The notes below the pieces were generated by a model, which worked only from the letters and a program-made list of their open reading frames with translations, had not been told where the DNA came from and ran no database searches. A DNA stretch of 64,000 nt from contig OZ260667.1 of NCBI GenBank assembly GCA_965285935.1, positions 65,782,001 through 65,846,000 of the forward strand, written 5' to 3'. Numbering within the stretch: the stretch's first letter is position 1; each line of letters starts with the position of its first letter. The translations under genes were made by a program, and so were the position numbers. Source of the DNA: Ophelia neglecta (taxonomy: Eukaryota). This document shows positions 13,511-26,900 of this stretch, in pieces.

Positions 13511-14864
13511 TAATCTTACTTGTTTTATTCACGAGGAAGATTCTACCTCGTTTCAGTTTGTAAAACACAAGCATCCATGGATGGCCGTAAATAATCGAAC
13601 ATATTTAATGTAATTTCTATCTTTAGTTTCACTAAGCATACCGACTTAAAGAATACATAGCACTGATAGCAATACTTACTATCTAACAAAAATATAACAA
13701 TGTTTAAGCATTTATAAATGTCATTTAAACAAATAATTAAACACAGTAAGGTGGATAAGATAAAGTTTATTAACCAGCTGAGTGGTTGAAAAAAACCCAA
13801 CACAATGAGTATAATAATGGTTGAACAAATTAACGAATTGTGAGATAATAATTATTTCATCCGGAATTTTATTTTATTCAACTTTAAAAAAGCACAAATC
13901 GTGTTTTTAGTGTCGCACTTTCGCAAGTTCGGTGAAGAAAGAAGTTTGTTGATTTAGTACTTATATATACATATACATATTGATCCGAACTATATCAGTG
14001 AATTGGTAGATGTCCGAATCCTTAGAGTGTATATTAGGCATGGTGACATCCTGCAAAAGTTAAACATAATATATGTGAATTGCAGTGTGGAGAATTGATG
14101 AAAATAGAAATGATTTTTTAAATAATAAAAGTATATGATAAAAGACGGTGGTCCATATCAAACTTCGGAAATGGGTGGCATGCTTTCCCCATGATGGTCT
14201 AAGCTCTCTGAAAATTTAGAAACCAAACATATCATTTTCTCAGTAAAGTGGTTCGTGCTTTCGGCGCTGCGCGCGATGTATGACTAGGTTATTAAATCCA
14301 ACTATGTAAACCCTAAAACGGCCCACTAGCTTATTTACTGTCAGGGAGCTTGATTGATTGAATTGAGTTCATTTGGTGCTACTTAGACATCACATCAACA
14401 TGTACAAACGAGCAATGCATTGATGACGGAACAAAAGTAACACCAGGACGCCAGTAATAGCCGAGGCCGTGAGGACAGGGCGCCCTATGACATTTATACA
14501 TATATACAGGGGAGAAATGGACATGACATTTAAAATGATTGATATTGTTTTGAATAATTTTACAATAAAACAGCTATATCTTAAATAAATCAGCAGAAAC
14601 AAAGTATTGTGAAAATGAAGGCAACACTGAAGATATGGTCAAATATGATAATAATAAGTTAACGAGGAGCGCAAAATTCGACATATGAAGATAAGTCACG
14701 ATGGAGCTAGGGATTGGTTGCGGACCCTGATTATAAGGACATATTCTTAACTACCAATTTCGATTTGTCTGCTGGGTATTCGCTCCCATTCAAAAAGGAC
14801 TGTCTGCAGGACAAATATTATATTAGCTGTGAAGTGATGTTATTATGAGAGTAAATTTAGTTAC

Positions 14865-15119
14865 CGGGGACTTTCCTTTCGGCGAACTGGGAATTTGTTC
14901 CGTCGTAGCATGGAGTCGAGTAGTACCCTGGAGAAACAGTCACCGAAGTGTGGCGGGATAGATTACATTTCCCTGTCTCGGGAATATAGTCGATAGAACA
15001 ACACTTCAAGCGATAGGTCTCACAAAGAGCCTTACATGGGGCGACATTGAACTTCTCCACAAACACAACTACGTCATTGTGATATTTAACGCAGCCTTTG
15101 ACTGTGCGAGACCATGGAT
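14865..15119 (-). CDS. PAN/Apple domain exon
   Basis: 255-bp exon with TTTCCAG acceptor and GTAACT donor, phase 1-1. Translation DPWSRTVKGCVKYHNDVVVFVEKFNVAPCKALCETYRLKCCSIDYIPETGKCNLSRHTSVTVSPGYYSTPCYDGTNSQFAERKVP has the PAN pattern CxxxC...CxSxDY...CxLS. Confidence 0.85.
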
Positions 15120-15963
15120 CTGGAAAGAGAAAAAGGAATTCTTCAGCAGAACCAGCATATTCATAGCAACTCTTTCAATGTTGCCTTTTCGGATGCTTTT
15201 TAATTTTTCAATATACTAAATTGACCCATGAATATTGATACGAAAGAGACAATTAAATGTTTTACCGCACTCTCCGAGACATCCGGTTACAAGGCAAAGT
15301 GTGGACAGTACAACTATCGCCGACTTCATGTTTAAGCAGCAGCACAGTAGTAGGCTAAATGACTATCAATTTACTGTGAGAGGAAACAAAACAATCAAAG
15401 AACTTGTTAAATCACAGCAATAAAATATTGCAATATCCCAATGAAACGACTCCAAATATGTAAATAATGAAATTCCCGCTAACTTGTATTTTCGCGATTA
15501 TTTCCAGCTCGAAAAAAACATTCTGTATGAGATAGGAAATCATGACACAGAATAACTGGCACTGTAATACATGAGAAAATAAACAGGCGTAATATGGCCC
15601 TTATTCGAACCAGAGAGCAGAATGGGTTCGAGGGTCAACATTGACAACCTAAATTCATATTAAAGCATGGAGCTGCGTAACTCAACTTTTCATGAACTTT
15701 TCATAACCAAATAGCTGTAAGTAATAACATTACCTAAGTGCGTGTATGTAGATTATTCTCTGAGTATCCTCTTCGCCGGTAATAGTTTAAAGTAACTCCA
15801 CAACAGCCAGTCAGCGAACGCCTCGGTTTCAGTTAACCTAACCTTGTTGAGTAAACACCATGGAGTGTGACGCTAAGCAGAGTGTGACGCTAAGCAGGGT
15901 GTGTCCTGTTAAACTATGCACGAGACCCTATATATAACTGTTACCGTGCAATTCAAATGATAA

Positions 15964-16398
15964 GGGAGCATTCATTATTTAACGCTAGAGGGGGGGGGGG
16001 GCTGCAAACGGAGACCGACAAGCGACAAAATGTTACCGTCCCACCCCTAAAAGACAACCCCCTTCGATGCGCAGGAAAAAAATCATGACCCCCTCCTCCC
16101 CAAATTTGACCAGGCTTCTTCTCAAACATGGCATGACCATTTTTTGCCATTACGGCACAAATTTGTATTTACTTATGGTACTGATCTCTCACCACTGATG
16201 GGGATTATAGCGATTTTAATGAGAAGAAAATTGGGAAAAGATTTGATTTGGCAGAAAAATGTAGAAAATCGTCATCAAATTTAAGTCACCCCCGCCCCCA
16301 GGAGTATGGTAAAAGGTTGTTAACCCCTCTTACCCCTCCCCCCCCCCACTCTGGTGCCCCCCCCCCCCCCCTCCCGGCGATAAATATTGAACGATCCC
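15964..16398. mobile_element. PIF/Harbinger (Tourist-like) MITE
   Basis: Imperfect TIRs GGGAGCATTCATTATTTA / TAAATATTGAACGATCCC, flanked by TAA on both sides (15961-15963, 16399-16401). Confidence 0.7.
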
Positions 16399-17839
16399 TA
16401 AGGGGCTGCACATAGAGCGTCCGGTCATAGCCGACGAATCGTCTGCCAGACGGCTGGAGACTGCGAAGGGCCAGGTTGACCTTATTGAACATACAGCGTG
16501 TCGGTATGTCCGGATCCACATCTCTATTCTAGAAGGTAGCACGTGGACAGACCCCCATATAGAAGAGAACTTGTGGTCTTTACGGATGGGGTGGAGGGCA
16601 ATGGGTCTAGACTCCCTTTAAATGGAATTACTGATTCAGGAAAAAAAACCCTTTCAATCCCATCTTCTTGCCCGATTATACAAATCCCAGGGGGACCCTC
16701 ATAGGGCAGAACTCATGTATATGATCTGTTCATATATACATGTTAATGATATTATAGGTTGGTTCTACTAAGGCTACAGTAAGCAGACGACTAAGTAGTG
16801 TCGCCATTTGGAATTAGATAGGCGTGAGGGCGTGTTTGATGTCAGGGTGCCTATACTCTACGTCCGTGATTGCAGTTTAATGTTTAGAAGTAAGATGGCT
16901 TGACTTCGAGTTTGATATATAATGTTGTGTATATTACTCGTCCGTGATAAGGATGTTGTGTTTCGAAGTTGGATAGGCCAGGAGGCGTGTTTGATGTCAA
17001 GACAACTAATACACGTCCGTGATTGGGGTTTTGTGTAATTGACTGGGCTCACGATATTTAGGCACTCTGCCACCACTAGCTGTGTGTCCATAGGACCACT
17101 GACAATCTGTTGTATCTTTCTCTTGGAAGACCGTCTCTCAGCACTGTGCCCCCCCCTTCATTTATTGATAAACGTTTCTGCAAAATGCAAGGAACAAACT
17201 TTTTTAGAGTCAAATTCTTACTGTCACTTATTAGTAGTATAGCATCTGGTTTCTTGCTACTTATCAAACGTGCAGCCTTATTTTCAGAATGTCTTGTTTG
17301 ATCGTATGTATTTTTCATTTGATGAATCTAATTCATTAAATACCTATCAGATGCTACCCATGTAGAGGCCTTTACAGGATTCAATTCAGTGGTAATCAGA
17401 GTCACATCCTTCAGGCTCGTATACCGAGTGACTAGGTGCTGATAGAGTCCGTTGTATATCATATTTTAGTATTGTTTAGTATTAGTTTAGTATCGGGTCA
17501 CCAAATACAGCTAGGGTGCCCAGGACACGCCGTCCTTCATCATCGAAGCGATTTCATCTGTTGGCCCTAAGTCTCTCCAAGAACAAAAGGAATAAATGTA
17601 AATCAGAAAATTACTGCGTGTGGGATATTATCGTAAATTTTGCGAACTTTTTCTGGTTGAGGACATTTCCTACATTCGCAAATAAAAATCCTGCTTACGA
17701 AAAGGTCCTGTACAGGATTTTCGTTCGTATCTGTCCTCTCCATAGAATAAAATTAATTGTCCCTACTTTGTGAAATTTTGTACGGAAAATATAAATATGG
17801 TGACTAAGGATTCACGAAATGTTCTTTCTCGCGAAACTG

Positions 17840-19062
17840 TGATGGTTAATCCCTGGGAATAACGTAGTGATTATCCCCTGGGATTAAAGTACAGAGATTA
17901 TCCTCTGAGAATAACGTATTGCGATTATCCCCTGGGATTAAAGTATAGAGATTTACCTCCGGGAATAACGTAGTATTCCCCACGAATCATATAAAGTGAT
18001 AATCCCCAGGTAATAACGTATAATGATTATCCCCCGCAATGAAATATAGTGAATATCCCCTGAGAGTAATGTATAATTGTTATTCCCAGGAAATAATGTA
18101 CAGTGAATATCAAGCCGGGTGAAACGTGTAGTGATTATGCCCCGAGAATTGCGTTAAGTGACGTATAGAGATTATCAACAGAGAGAATTAAACGTATGGT
18201 GATTATCCCATGGAGATAACGTTATATCAATAACACCATGGGATTAAGTTCAATGATTACCCCTCATTATGTAAATGTGTTATCAGGGTGCACATTATGT
18301 ACGTGTGTTAGTTTTTTCAGTCTGGTCATTGTGTGTGTTCCTATTGTTTGGAGCAGTCATATTTCAGTGGATAATGTATGCAGTCAAAGTGGTTATGGTC
18401 CAATTCAACCCACTACCGAGAGGCTCAGTTTAAGACGTGTATAGCTAGAGACAGGAGTACTATTTGCTGTGATGCTCAATATCTGTATACGGAATGTTGT
18501 GGTAATGATTCCACAATAGCAGCCTTGGCTGCCACCACTTGGGCAGTAATAGATTAATGCAAGGATACCTAGATGTTCCAGAATGATACATTCAATTAAC
18601 ATGCAAGTCCAAGAGGATGCAATGCTTTATCAGGACCATCTATACAATAACCGAGAAAAACAGGTACGTACCGTCCATCCGGGTTATTAAAGTGATTGTC
18701 CCCTGAGAAAAACCCTGTGATTAATCCCGGATATAATTTTCAGCGATTATTGCCTGGGAATAACCTATAGTGATCATCCCCTGGCAATAACATGCGGTGG
18801 TTATCCTCCGGGAATTAGTTATAGTGATTATCCCCCGGGAATAACGTATAATGATAACCCCCGGGAATAACGTCTAGTGACTGTCCCGGGAATAACGTTT
18901 AGTGATTGTCCCGGGAATAACGTTTAGTGATTGTCCCGGGAATAACGTCTAGTCATTATCCCCCGAGATCATCACCCGGGAATAATTGAAAACAACCAAA
19001 ATAGTTTTTATCCCCCGGGCGTAATCTATAAAACCATATAGTGAATATCCCTGGGAATAATC
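17840..19062. repeat. Degenerate ~27-bp minisatellite with a palindromic core (consensus ~GTGATTATCCCCCGGGAATAACGTATA), split by ~430 bp of unrelated sequence
   Basis: Two blocks of tandem units at ~17840-18265 and ~18690-19062. Confidence 0.85.
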
Positions 19063-20278
19063 GACATTTACCAAAAAATAAATATTAGTGTTCATGCATG
19101 GAACAAACTTTGATAAATGATGTCGGTTGTACGGTTAACTGCTTCACTCAAGTGAACCCTACCTCGTTCCCGAGCTAGTTAAATTTGGTTATTCAGAGAT
19201 CAGAATATAATACAAATTATCAAATATTACAATTGGAGAAAAAGTTATTTGTCAATTTAAAATGCAAACAGTTATGCAACATCGGATGCAGGTTCAGTGA
19301 TAAAACATTCTACGACAGTACACATAGAATGTGATTCAAGCCTGTGCCAGATTTATTGGGGCAGTTATTGTAATATTTTACACATTATGTATACATATAT
19401 TTAACCCTCAGTAACCTTTGTGAAGTGTGGATACCCACACGGTTGTACTTGACTTGATTCCGAGCAGTCAGTTTCCCTTTGATAAAGTATGTAGTTTTGT
19501 ATTCAAAGGGGTCCTCTTTCAATTCAACCGGCATCGGATAGGCTCAGACATGCAGCACTGAAAACAGGAGTACTATAAGTGGTTATGACGTACCCGACTG
19601 GAACCGGGGGTACTATTAGCAGGAAAGGGAGTTCTATTAATGCCTATGACATGCCGCATTGGAATCAGTAGTACCATTACTGGTGATGACGTACCGCCCT
19701 GGAGATGACAAAGCTACATAGCGATAAACACACCTTTATCACATCCATCCCGCTTAATAACAGGTGCAAGTCTGTCGTCCGATCTCATCTGAGCCCTCTT
19801 ACTATCATATTGCTAGTACACTCGATTACTAGCTGACGATATATTTAATGACTGTGAAATATTTATGAGCGTTGTTTTCTGTCCCGTGTTGAATAATGAA
19901 CAAGCCTCTCTTTATAAAAACTGGCTCCATGAAAGTTCAACACCCACATATCGTAAGAACCACACCATCCAGTCCGGTTAACATCCAAGGCAACCTCCTT
20001 GAGAGTACTATAACTGACATGAGTTTGGTCAACCGGTGTCTTTCGAAGACATTTGTCATATATTATTGTTTATTTTTTATCCTGGTTCAACACTACCAGC
20101 GTGGAGAACAGTTCACTGTGTTTTATAAACATTCCAGTACATTTGTTAGAACGTACACATAACCTGAAATTTATGTTGATGCTATATTAATACAAAACCT
20201 AAGATACTATTATGTTATGAAATGGGAATGCCTCTAGCAAATCTTTATTTTCAAGTTATATTTGTCTGTCTTTCTCTT

Positions 20279-20914
20279 TTATTCGTTAACGACATAAGTC
20301 CAGTGGAGAGATTTCATTTGGTATATTTCTTTCCACTGCAGCTCTAGTCGTTTGACATCTGAATGATTCTGTTCCGATGAAATAGTGTGTGCTGGGGACT
20401 GTCTCAGGGCCTTGTGCAGTTTATCTTGCAGAACCTGAATGTCGTGTTGGAGCATTTTGTTCTTTTCACTTATGTTGGCTGTTGGTCTTTGTAGGAGCTG
20501 GAGCTGGAGCCAGGCCGTGTTCTCGCCCGGTCGAGTGATAATACTGTCCATCTCCTTCTTCTCTGTCTTCACCTTCTCCAACCGTGCCCTCTCCTCGCCT
20601 AGCTGATCCAATATATCCTTTCTCAGCTTCTCCGTCTCTAGGATTTGGAACTGAAAGCTGTCTGTGATTTATTTCTGCTATGCAATATCACGCGCCAGCT
20701 CTACCTTCTCCGCCGTTAACATCTCCATTTTTAACAGGAATGCGTCATCGAGGTGCCCCTAAAGTGGGCCAGATCCTCACACAACCGGATGTTTTGTATT
20801 CTCAACGTGAAGACCTCGACTTGGGATGTAGTGAGTTGCAAGGGTTGCTAAAGTGATGCGCTCCTTCTAGGATAATTCGTTCCTGACACACATGCCAATT
20901 AGTTGCACTAATAA
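20279..20914 (-). pseudogene. Decayed coiled-coil protein exon
   Basis: Heptad-like E/K/L/Q-rich translation (...KMEMLTAEKVELARDIA*QK*ITDSFQFQILETEKLRKDILDQLGEERARLEKVKTEKKEMD...) with in-frame stops and an apparent frameshift. Candidate TTTTACAG acceptor at ~20915. Confidence 0.5.
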
Positions 20915-22161
20915 CTGTAAAACATGAATGAAATGCAAATCGATTAAATTGGCTCAAGCCGTTTTAATGCTTCATTCAAAATGGTAAATAAAGAGGCTTT
21001 CCAGTACTAGATTATAGTTTTATATTTTGTGGCATTGATGAATAGTTTTCAAAGGTAGAAATATGATTTAGTCCATCGTGGTTATACTCAAGCCATTACC
21101 CTCTTTCGATGAGTCTCAATTTTGAAATTCATTATTAATATGAAAACGGTTGTCATTATTTATTAGCATTTTAAACCTATGGACGTCATTATTAGTTCTT
21201 TCTTACCTTAAACCTCTCAGAAATAAATCTGAATAAGCGAAACTGGCTTCAAAAGAGCTGTGATAGAGAACCCTGGACCCAGGTAAAATAGAAGTCCTGG
21301 TAACTGTGTAGAAGCCGTCTGAATGCCTCACCCCTCTTTTTGATTCTCGATACAAACATCGTTAGATATTAAATAAGCAATGTTGTGATGTTCGAAATAT
21401 ACAATGGACAAATAGTCTTGACAGCCTAATGTCTACACTGAGGGCCTTGTCAATAGCAAATAGTGTAACTTGTACTTGGTAGTGTACGACTGAATACAAT
21501 CTATTAAGCGGAACATGGTGGTGCATATACTGTGGCGGGTCTCATTATGAAAACTTTTGTGAATGGCACAAACAATGTATAAGTATTATTAGTAACACAG
21601 GGGAAATATGAGCTTTGTGATCACCAATGCTGTGTGGGGCTGTACATTATCTATGTTATCATTTATATTGACGTAACTGTGATTAATCCTAGCGCAGGCT
21701 TGTCTTTGATTGACAGTCAAACCCGCTGGGTGCACACTAAATTGTTTTCACACACAAACGCACTACACTATGGACGCGCTGGTTTTAGCGGTATAATGGT
21801 ACATTCATATTCTTATTACAAGCGGAGTCCAGTCCAAGTTTTAATACATTGGGTTAATTTACTAACTTTAAGGAGGAAATAAAATAATTTATTTGGCTCA
21901 CAGTTGGTCACATAAAAATTTGAAACAAATGAAAGTTACAATTTTTTCTTGCATAAGTGAGCAGATGCCTGATTGAATTTAACACAGGCAACAGTTCGGC
22001 CGTAGTCGATAGCAGGAGCCTTCCTCGACTCTAAGTTCCCTCTTCGATGCCAGAAGCCCTCCTCAGCAGGAGCCCTCCTAGATGGATGGAGGAAAATTAA
22101 AGCATCACAATCAATACGCTATAACAAAAATAGAAAAATGTGCATTTATTAGATAAAGTTA

Positions 22162-22788
22162 CTAACGGTGCCTCCGATAAAGCAATGTGCCTGATGGTGT
22201 CTGATTCTGGGGTCCTTGCAAGAGGGCCATTTGTACTCCGTACAGGAGCTCTTCTAGGATACTGGCGTGGTTGCCATACGGGTGTGAGTAGCGGCGCCTG
22301 GATCTCTGCAGCTGTGCCAACAGATAGTGTGCGTTCTTACTGATCGCCTGGCCCTTGACCATTGATGGTAGGGGGCCACCCTCCGGAGTATGTGTCAACG
22401 CCAGAGCGACCTCTCCTAGGCTATTTCGACGGCCGGCAAAAACTTTCTTCAAGGTTGGAGCAATACCCGGGACGTCACGGGGAATTTGTCCTAAATCTCC
22501 AATTTCAGCCCCCGCCACACTGATATAACGGGAAATAACCGATACTCTTGCCTTAGGAGAAGGCCTTCTTACCCTGACGTCACGAGAATATCCCACCGTG
22601 CTGACGTCACTTGAATTGTTTTTCCCTGGTGAATTTCTCTCCACGTGTTCGGCAGTGATTTCCACGGCCGGATTAGACTCCTCTTGGCCGGAAGCCTTGC
22701 TTGCTATACCATGTCCGTTTAGACGCCTTTCCTGTTCCGGTGTACCGGGTGGAATGAACGCAGGGTTCGTGTATTCGTGTATGAGCGT
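22162..22788 (-). CDS. Probable terminal coding exon (208 aa, largely disordered) of an unidentified gene
   Basis: CTCCTTTTCCAG acceptor, then a 627-bp stop-free, GC-richer frame beginning TLIHEYTNPAFIPPGTPEQERR. TAG at 22162-22164 is followed closely by AATAAA (22145-22150). Confidence 0.55.
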   Translation of the reverse strand, partial: TLIHEYTNPAFIPPGTPEQERRLNGHGIASKASGQEESNPAVEITAEHVERNSPGKNNSSDVSTVGYSRDVRVRRPSPKARVSVISRYISVAGAEIGDLGQIPRDVPGIAPTLKKVFAGRRNSLGEVALALTHTPEGGPLPSMVKGQAISKNAHYLLAQLQRSRRRYSHPYGNHASILEELLYGVQMALLQGPQNQTPSGTLLYRRHR

Positions 22789-23941
22789 CTGGAAAAGGAG
22801 AAAAAAATATAAATCATATCAAAATTAGAGGGTATCGGTAGTGGGGGTTAAAAAAACCACAATCAAGGGGAGGTGGGGGGAAATTCAAAATTCCAGGGGG
22901 GGGGGGGATTAGTGTTCAGAATTTGGGGTATGGAAAAAAGTCGGGAATTGGGTGCTGCAAATTCGGGTTCTGCAAAAAATTCAGAATGGTAATGAAAATT
23001 TTTAAAAATTCGTGGGGGGGGCCAATATTTTAAAATTCAGGGGATGGGTCAGAAATTTGTCCTTTCACCTTTATGTTAAATGGAGTATCCCTCAGGCAGA
23101 AGCATAACTATGTAATGATACATTTAATAGCGTGATACCTTTATTTGTATGCATATGTACATGTATATAGAGGACTTTCAAGCATGGATAGATACTGTTA
23201 CATTTCAGAATTTTTGGTTGTCCTTACTTTTTTCCCAAAAATAGCACACAATATGTAACATGTAACCCCCTGGTTGCCATATTGTACACAGTAGCAAAAC
23301 AGGTGTGTTGATTAAACTACATGTAACTGTCCTTCACAAAACTCTCACTTTTTATTTACAAGTCTACATAAGTTGGTCACCTAAGCTGCTGATGAGAAAC
23401 ATATGCATGAAACATTTACCTATTTCACAAATATTCACACCATAGTATATTTATTATTTGGGAAGCACAACAAAAATTATTTGAAGCAAGTTTGGTCAAA
23501 ATCAATCACTGTAGCAGCGCTTGTGGGAAAAGTACTGGGTTTACAGGCCTGCCAACCGATGCCTTTAACAATGAGGGTATTGTACTATAACTGGAATGCT
23601 GATGCACAAACTCACATAAACCGTAAGTGTTCTAGGCATATCAGTTTAATATTGCACCCTTCCCTCATTAACAAAACTAGATATAACTCGACGCCGACCG
23701 GCGTCGTACGGATGCCTCCGCCAATAGCATATTTTGAAAATGAGACCCAAGAATTCCTTAGATAGGACTTTCTATTAGTTGTCAATACGTCTAAAATGTA
23801 TACCTTGCACTGTAATGTGGTTAGACTTGGGATAAAACATGCTCTCAATTTGACATAGAAGGCGAACAAACTACAAGAGCATTTCTGATGACCACAAAAA
23901 TCACTGAAGTATTGGCATTTTACATGAGCTTCTACATAAAT

Positions 23942-26900
23942 TCATCCCAAAATGTCCAAAAATAAGCTAAAATAGAAATTGATCATATTATCAATGTTTT
24001 TTTTCCCAATCTGCATCCTTCACAATCCTGATGATCTGGGTATCAGAAGGAGTCCAAACAACAAGGTCCGCACAGAATTTTTCAGTGATATACAACTGTC
24101 CCTGAATCTGATGGTAGTATGAGTGGTCTTTGCGAAGCCTCAACCCTTCCGATGTCTCCACTGAAATTTAGTAAAAAATAACAAACTTAACACACTCTAC
24201 ATGAATTTTGATATTTTTGTTGTTTTACGTAGTCTCAAATAAGAAAAGCACCCAAAAATATCAGATACTGAAAAACCCTTCATTTCATGAGTAGGATAAA
24301 AATGGCAAAATTAAAGGGCTTGTGAAAATTAAAGTCTTGTGAGAAACTATTTTCGGTGTCTCTAAAATGCAAAGTTGGAAGAGTGGCAAAATAGTCAAAT
24401 CTCGAATTATAAGGGCTTTACAACAAGTTTGCAGTAATGTCAAGACACTTACCTAGGAAAAAACCTTTAATGCCCCGAATGGCTCCTTCAACAGTGATGT
24501 CCCGAGCTGAATATGGACACTTAATTTCCACTAGGTCTGGAGAATGTAGCTGTGCTTCTGGGGTCTGGAAATGGGGCAGAATACCTGGGCTTTTAGTCAC
24601 CAACCCATCCGGTGAGGCTCCGAGTACACCTGAACTATGAAGCCATATGCCTGAAGCACAAAACAAGTCAACTCAAAAACAAATACTAAATGTAGCATTC
24701 TGGTTGCCAATATAGAACATGTGCTTTCAGAATATAAAATGATTCTTTATGGATCGGGAATGTTACACAGAATAAATTAAAAGCTAATTCTGCAATGAAA
24801 AAACACAAGAATTCAAAGCAATCATGGGTAAATTAAATACAAGAAGGACACTGGGACATGTAGATCATTAACAGAAAATTATACTGCTAATGATGCTGCA
24901 ACAAACTTGAAACCATCAAGGTCATTTTCAAGGTTACCTGTTTTACACCTCATCAAAACAATTTCAAAATAATATCCTGGAATGGTTACAAAGGAGAGTG
25001 TCATATCATGTTCAAGTTTTAACACACACAACAAATATAAAACTCACCTGTGTCACATACTTCTCCACCAAGAGTTCGGTACACAGCCAAAGCCTTTTTC
25101 TCGTGTGTGATTCCCCATATGATGGGAGCAACTTTTTCTAGATTATAGGCTGACAGGAGTCTCTTTTGACAAGAGGCAGTTAACCTGTTTGGAGATAAAA
25201 AATAGCAAATAAGTTATTCTGTGTACATCAAACCCCATCAAATCAAACTATTTAACTGTTCTTAACATTGTTCATCACAACAACTTTTCACACACATGAC
25301 CTTAACAGATCTGTCAGATCATTAAATCAGAAGGGGCAGCTCAAGTGCTACCTTACTGTTACCCGCTTCCCTGTACGATGTGGCTTTTCATACTTTGCGT
25401 ATGAGCAAAGCTCTGCATTACCCAGCGTGTATATTCGCAACATGATTGTTTAACCACATTATTGGTAAGATGTGAGATATATAGTTCAACTGTGCAATTT
25501 GAGTGCCCCCCCCCCCCCAAAAAATTCCGTTCTACCAATCTTGAATCAAAGCATTGATAATAAAGCATCTGAAAGGGTTGTTATTACAAAAAAGAGTAAG
25601 GAGCAAGACAGAAACATTGCACTCAATCTGCCAATTTCTCGCCTGTTAATCCGTCTCCTTTCTTCATGGTGTGGTAAAACAGTAATTATTACCTAAATTT
25701 TTGTATGCATTGTCTAAAGAGGAATATACTACTTTCTTTTGTTGAAAGCCTCTAAAATGATCCCAAAGTTTGATGCTGTAAGTCGTAGTTTTCGCACCAT
25801 TGCCCAAAGAGGATTTGTTCTCTGACCAACAGTCAGCTCTGCAATCTGAAATATAAGGTAAGGTGAAAGCCCCGATTAACCAGAGATACTAAATTGACAC
25901 TATCTGACCACACACTAAAAGAAAACAAGTAGGCCAATTGGCCCATTTGTCTCCCATCGTTATGGAAGTTAATGCCATAGAGGATAAAGCACAGAACAAG
26001 AAATGAAATAAATAAATAAATGCAGACGGAAAAAGCACATGCTGGAGAACATTCCTGGCGACAGGAGACAATAACTAGATGTCCATGGAGAACATGGTGT
26101 AATATTTGACTCATCATCATTTACGTCAAAGGTGTATATAGCAATCTTGAGCCAAAAAGTACCTTCACAATATCAACAGATGAAATTTTTAATTTCTCCT
26201 TCAGCCAGTCTCTAGGAACTGCAGCCTCTAAGTATCCAGGTGACTGTAGTATTTCATCAACAGACGACACTAGTAAGGCTTCTCTGGCAGGCTCTGGTGC
26301 TAACACCCAATGCATTGCTGTAAATCAGACAAAGATGACAAACATAAGCCTTGGCAAGGAAAATAAAGACTTTCATATACCACCTGCCATGTCCATGATG
26401 TCAGCCTTTGTCAGGGCATTTCAAGTTTGCTTTCCTGGCCCTCTCGTTTCGTAAAGAATGGATTTAGACAAAGCCTTTAAGTGATATTTTTTGGAATAAG
26501 GCACATGTGATAATTTTCTTAACAAGACACAAATTCATGTTACACATGAGCTCTAAAAGAGTCCTTTAAAGCATCAGAGAAAATTCCAGGTAATAACTAG
26601 TGATATGACTATCAAAGGATCAGTGTAACTATAAGGAAAGAAATTAAGTATGAACAGACAACACACACCGAATAAACAAACTACTGAAAGCTAGCACTTT
26701 AGGAATAACGAAAGTTTGTGATATGTCAATTTTTTTTGCAATAAATATGCACATTTGAGAACTTGTTGGTTCAACAGTTTTAACAGAACCTTAAGTTAGT
26801 TTGGTAATACAAAATAAAATTTCAAATGGTTGCATATCTATTGAACCTGTGTAGCGGCCAAGCTGAGACAGTTCTTGAAACAGGAAATCTTTATCCGCTT

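Noticed and set aside
17840-19062. CRISPR-like array (palindromic ~27-bp repeats)
   Set aside because: Units are head-to-tail and degenerate with no unique spacers, there are no cas genes, and the context is eukaryotic. It is a minisatellite.
26380-26475. Extra exon in the SWIM-YqaJ gene
   Set aside because: It contains an in-frame TGA in the frame tested, and exons 26923-26847 and 26317-26163 already join in phase.
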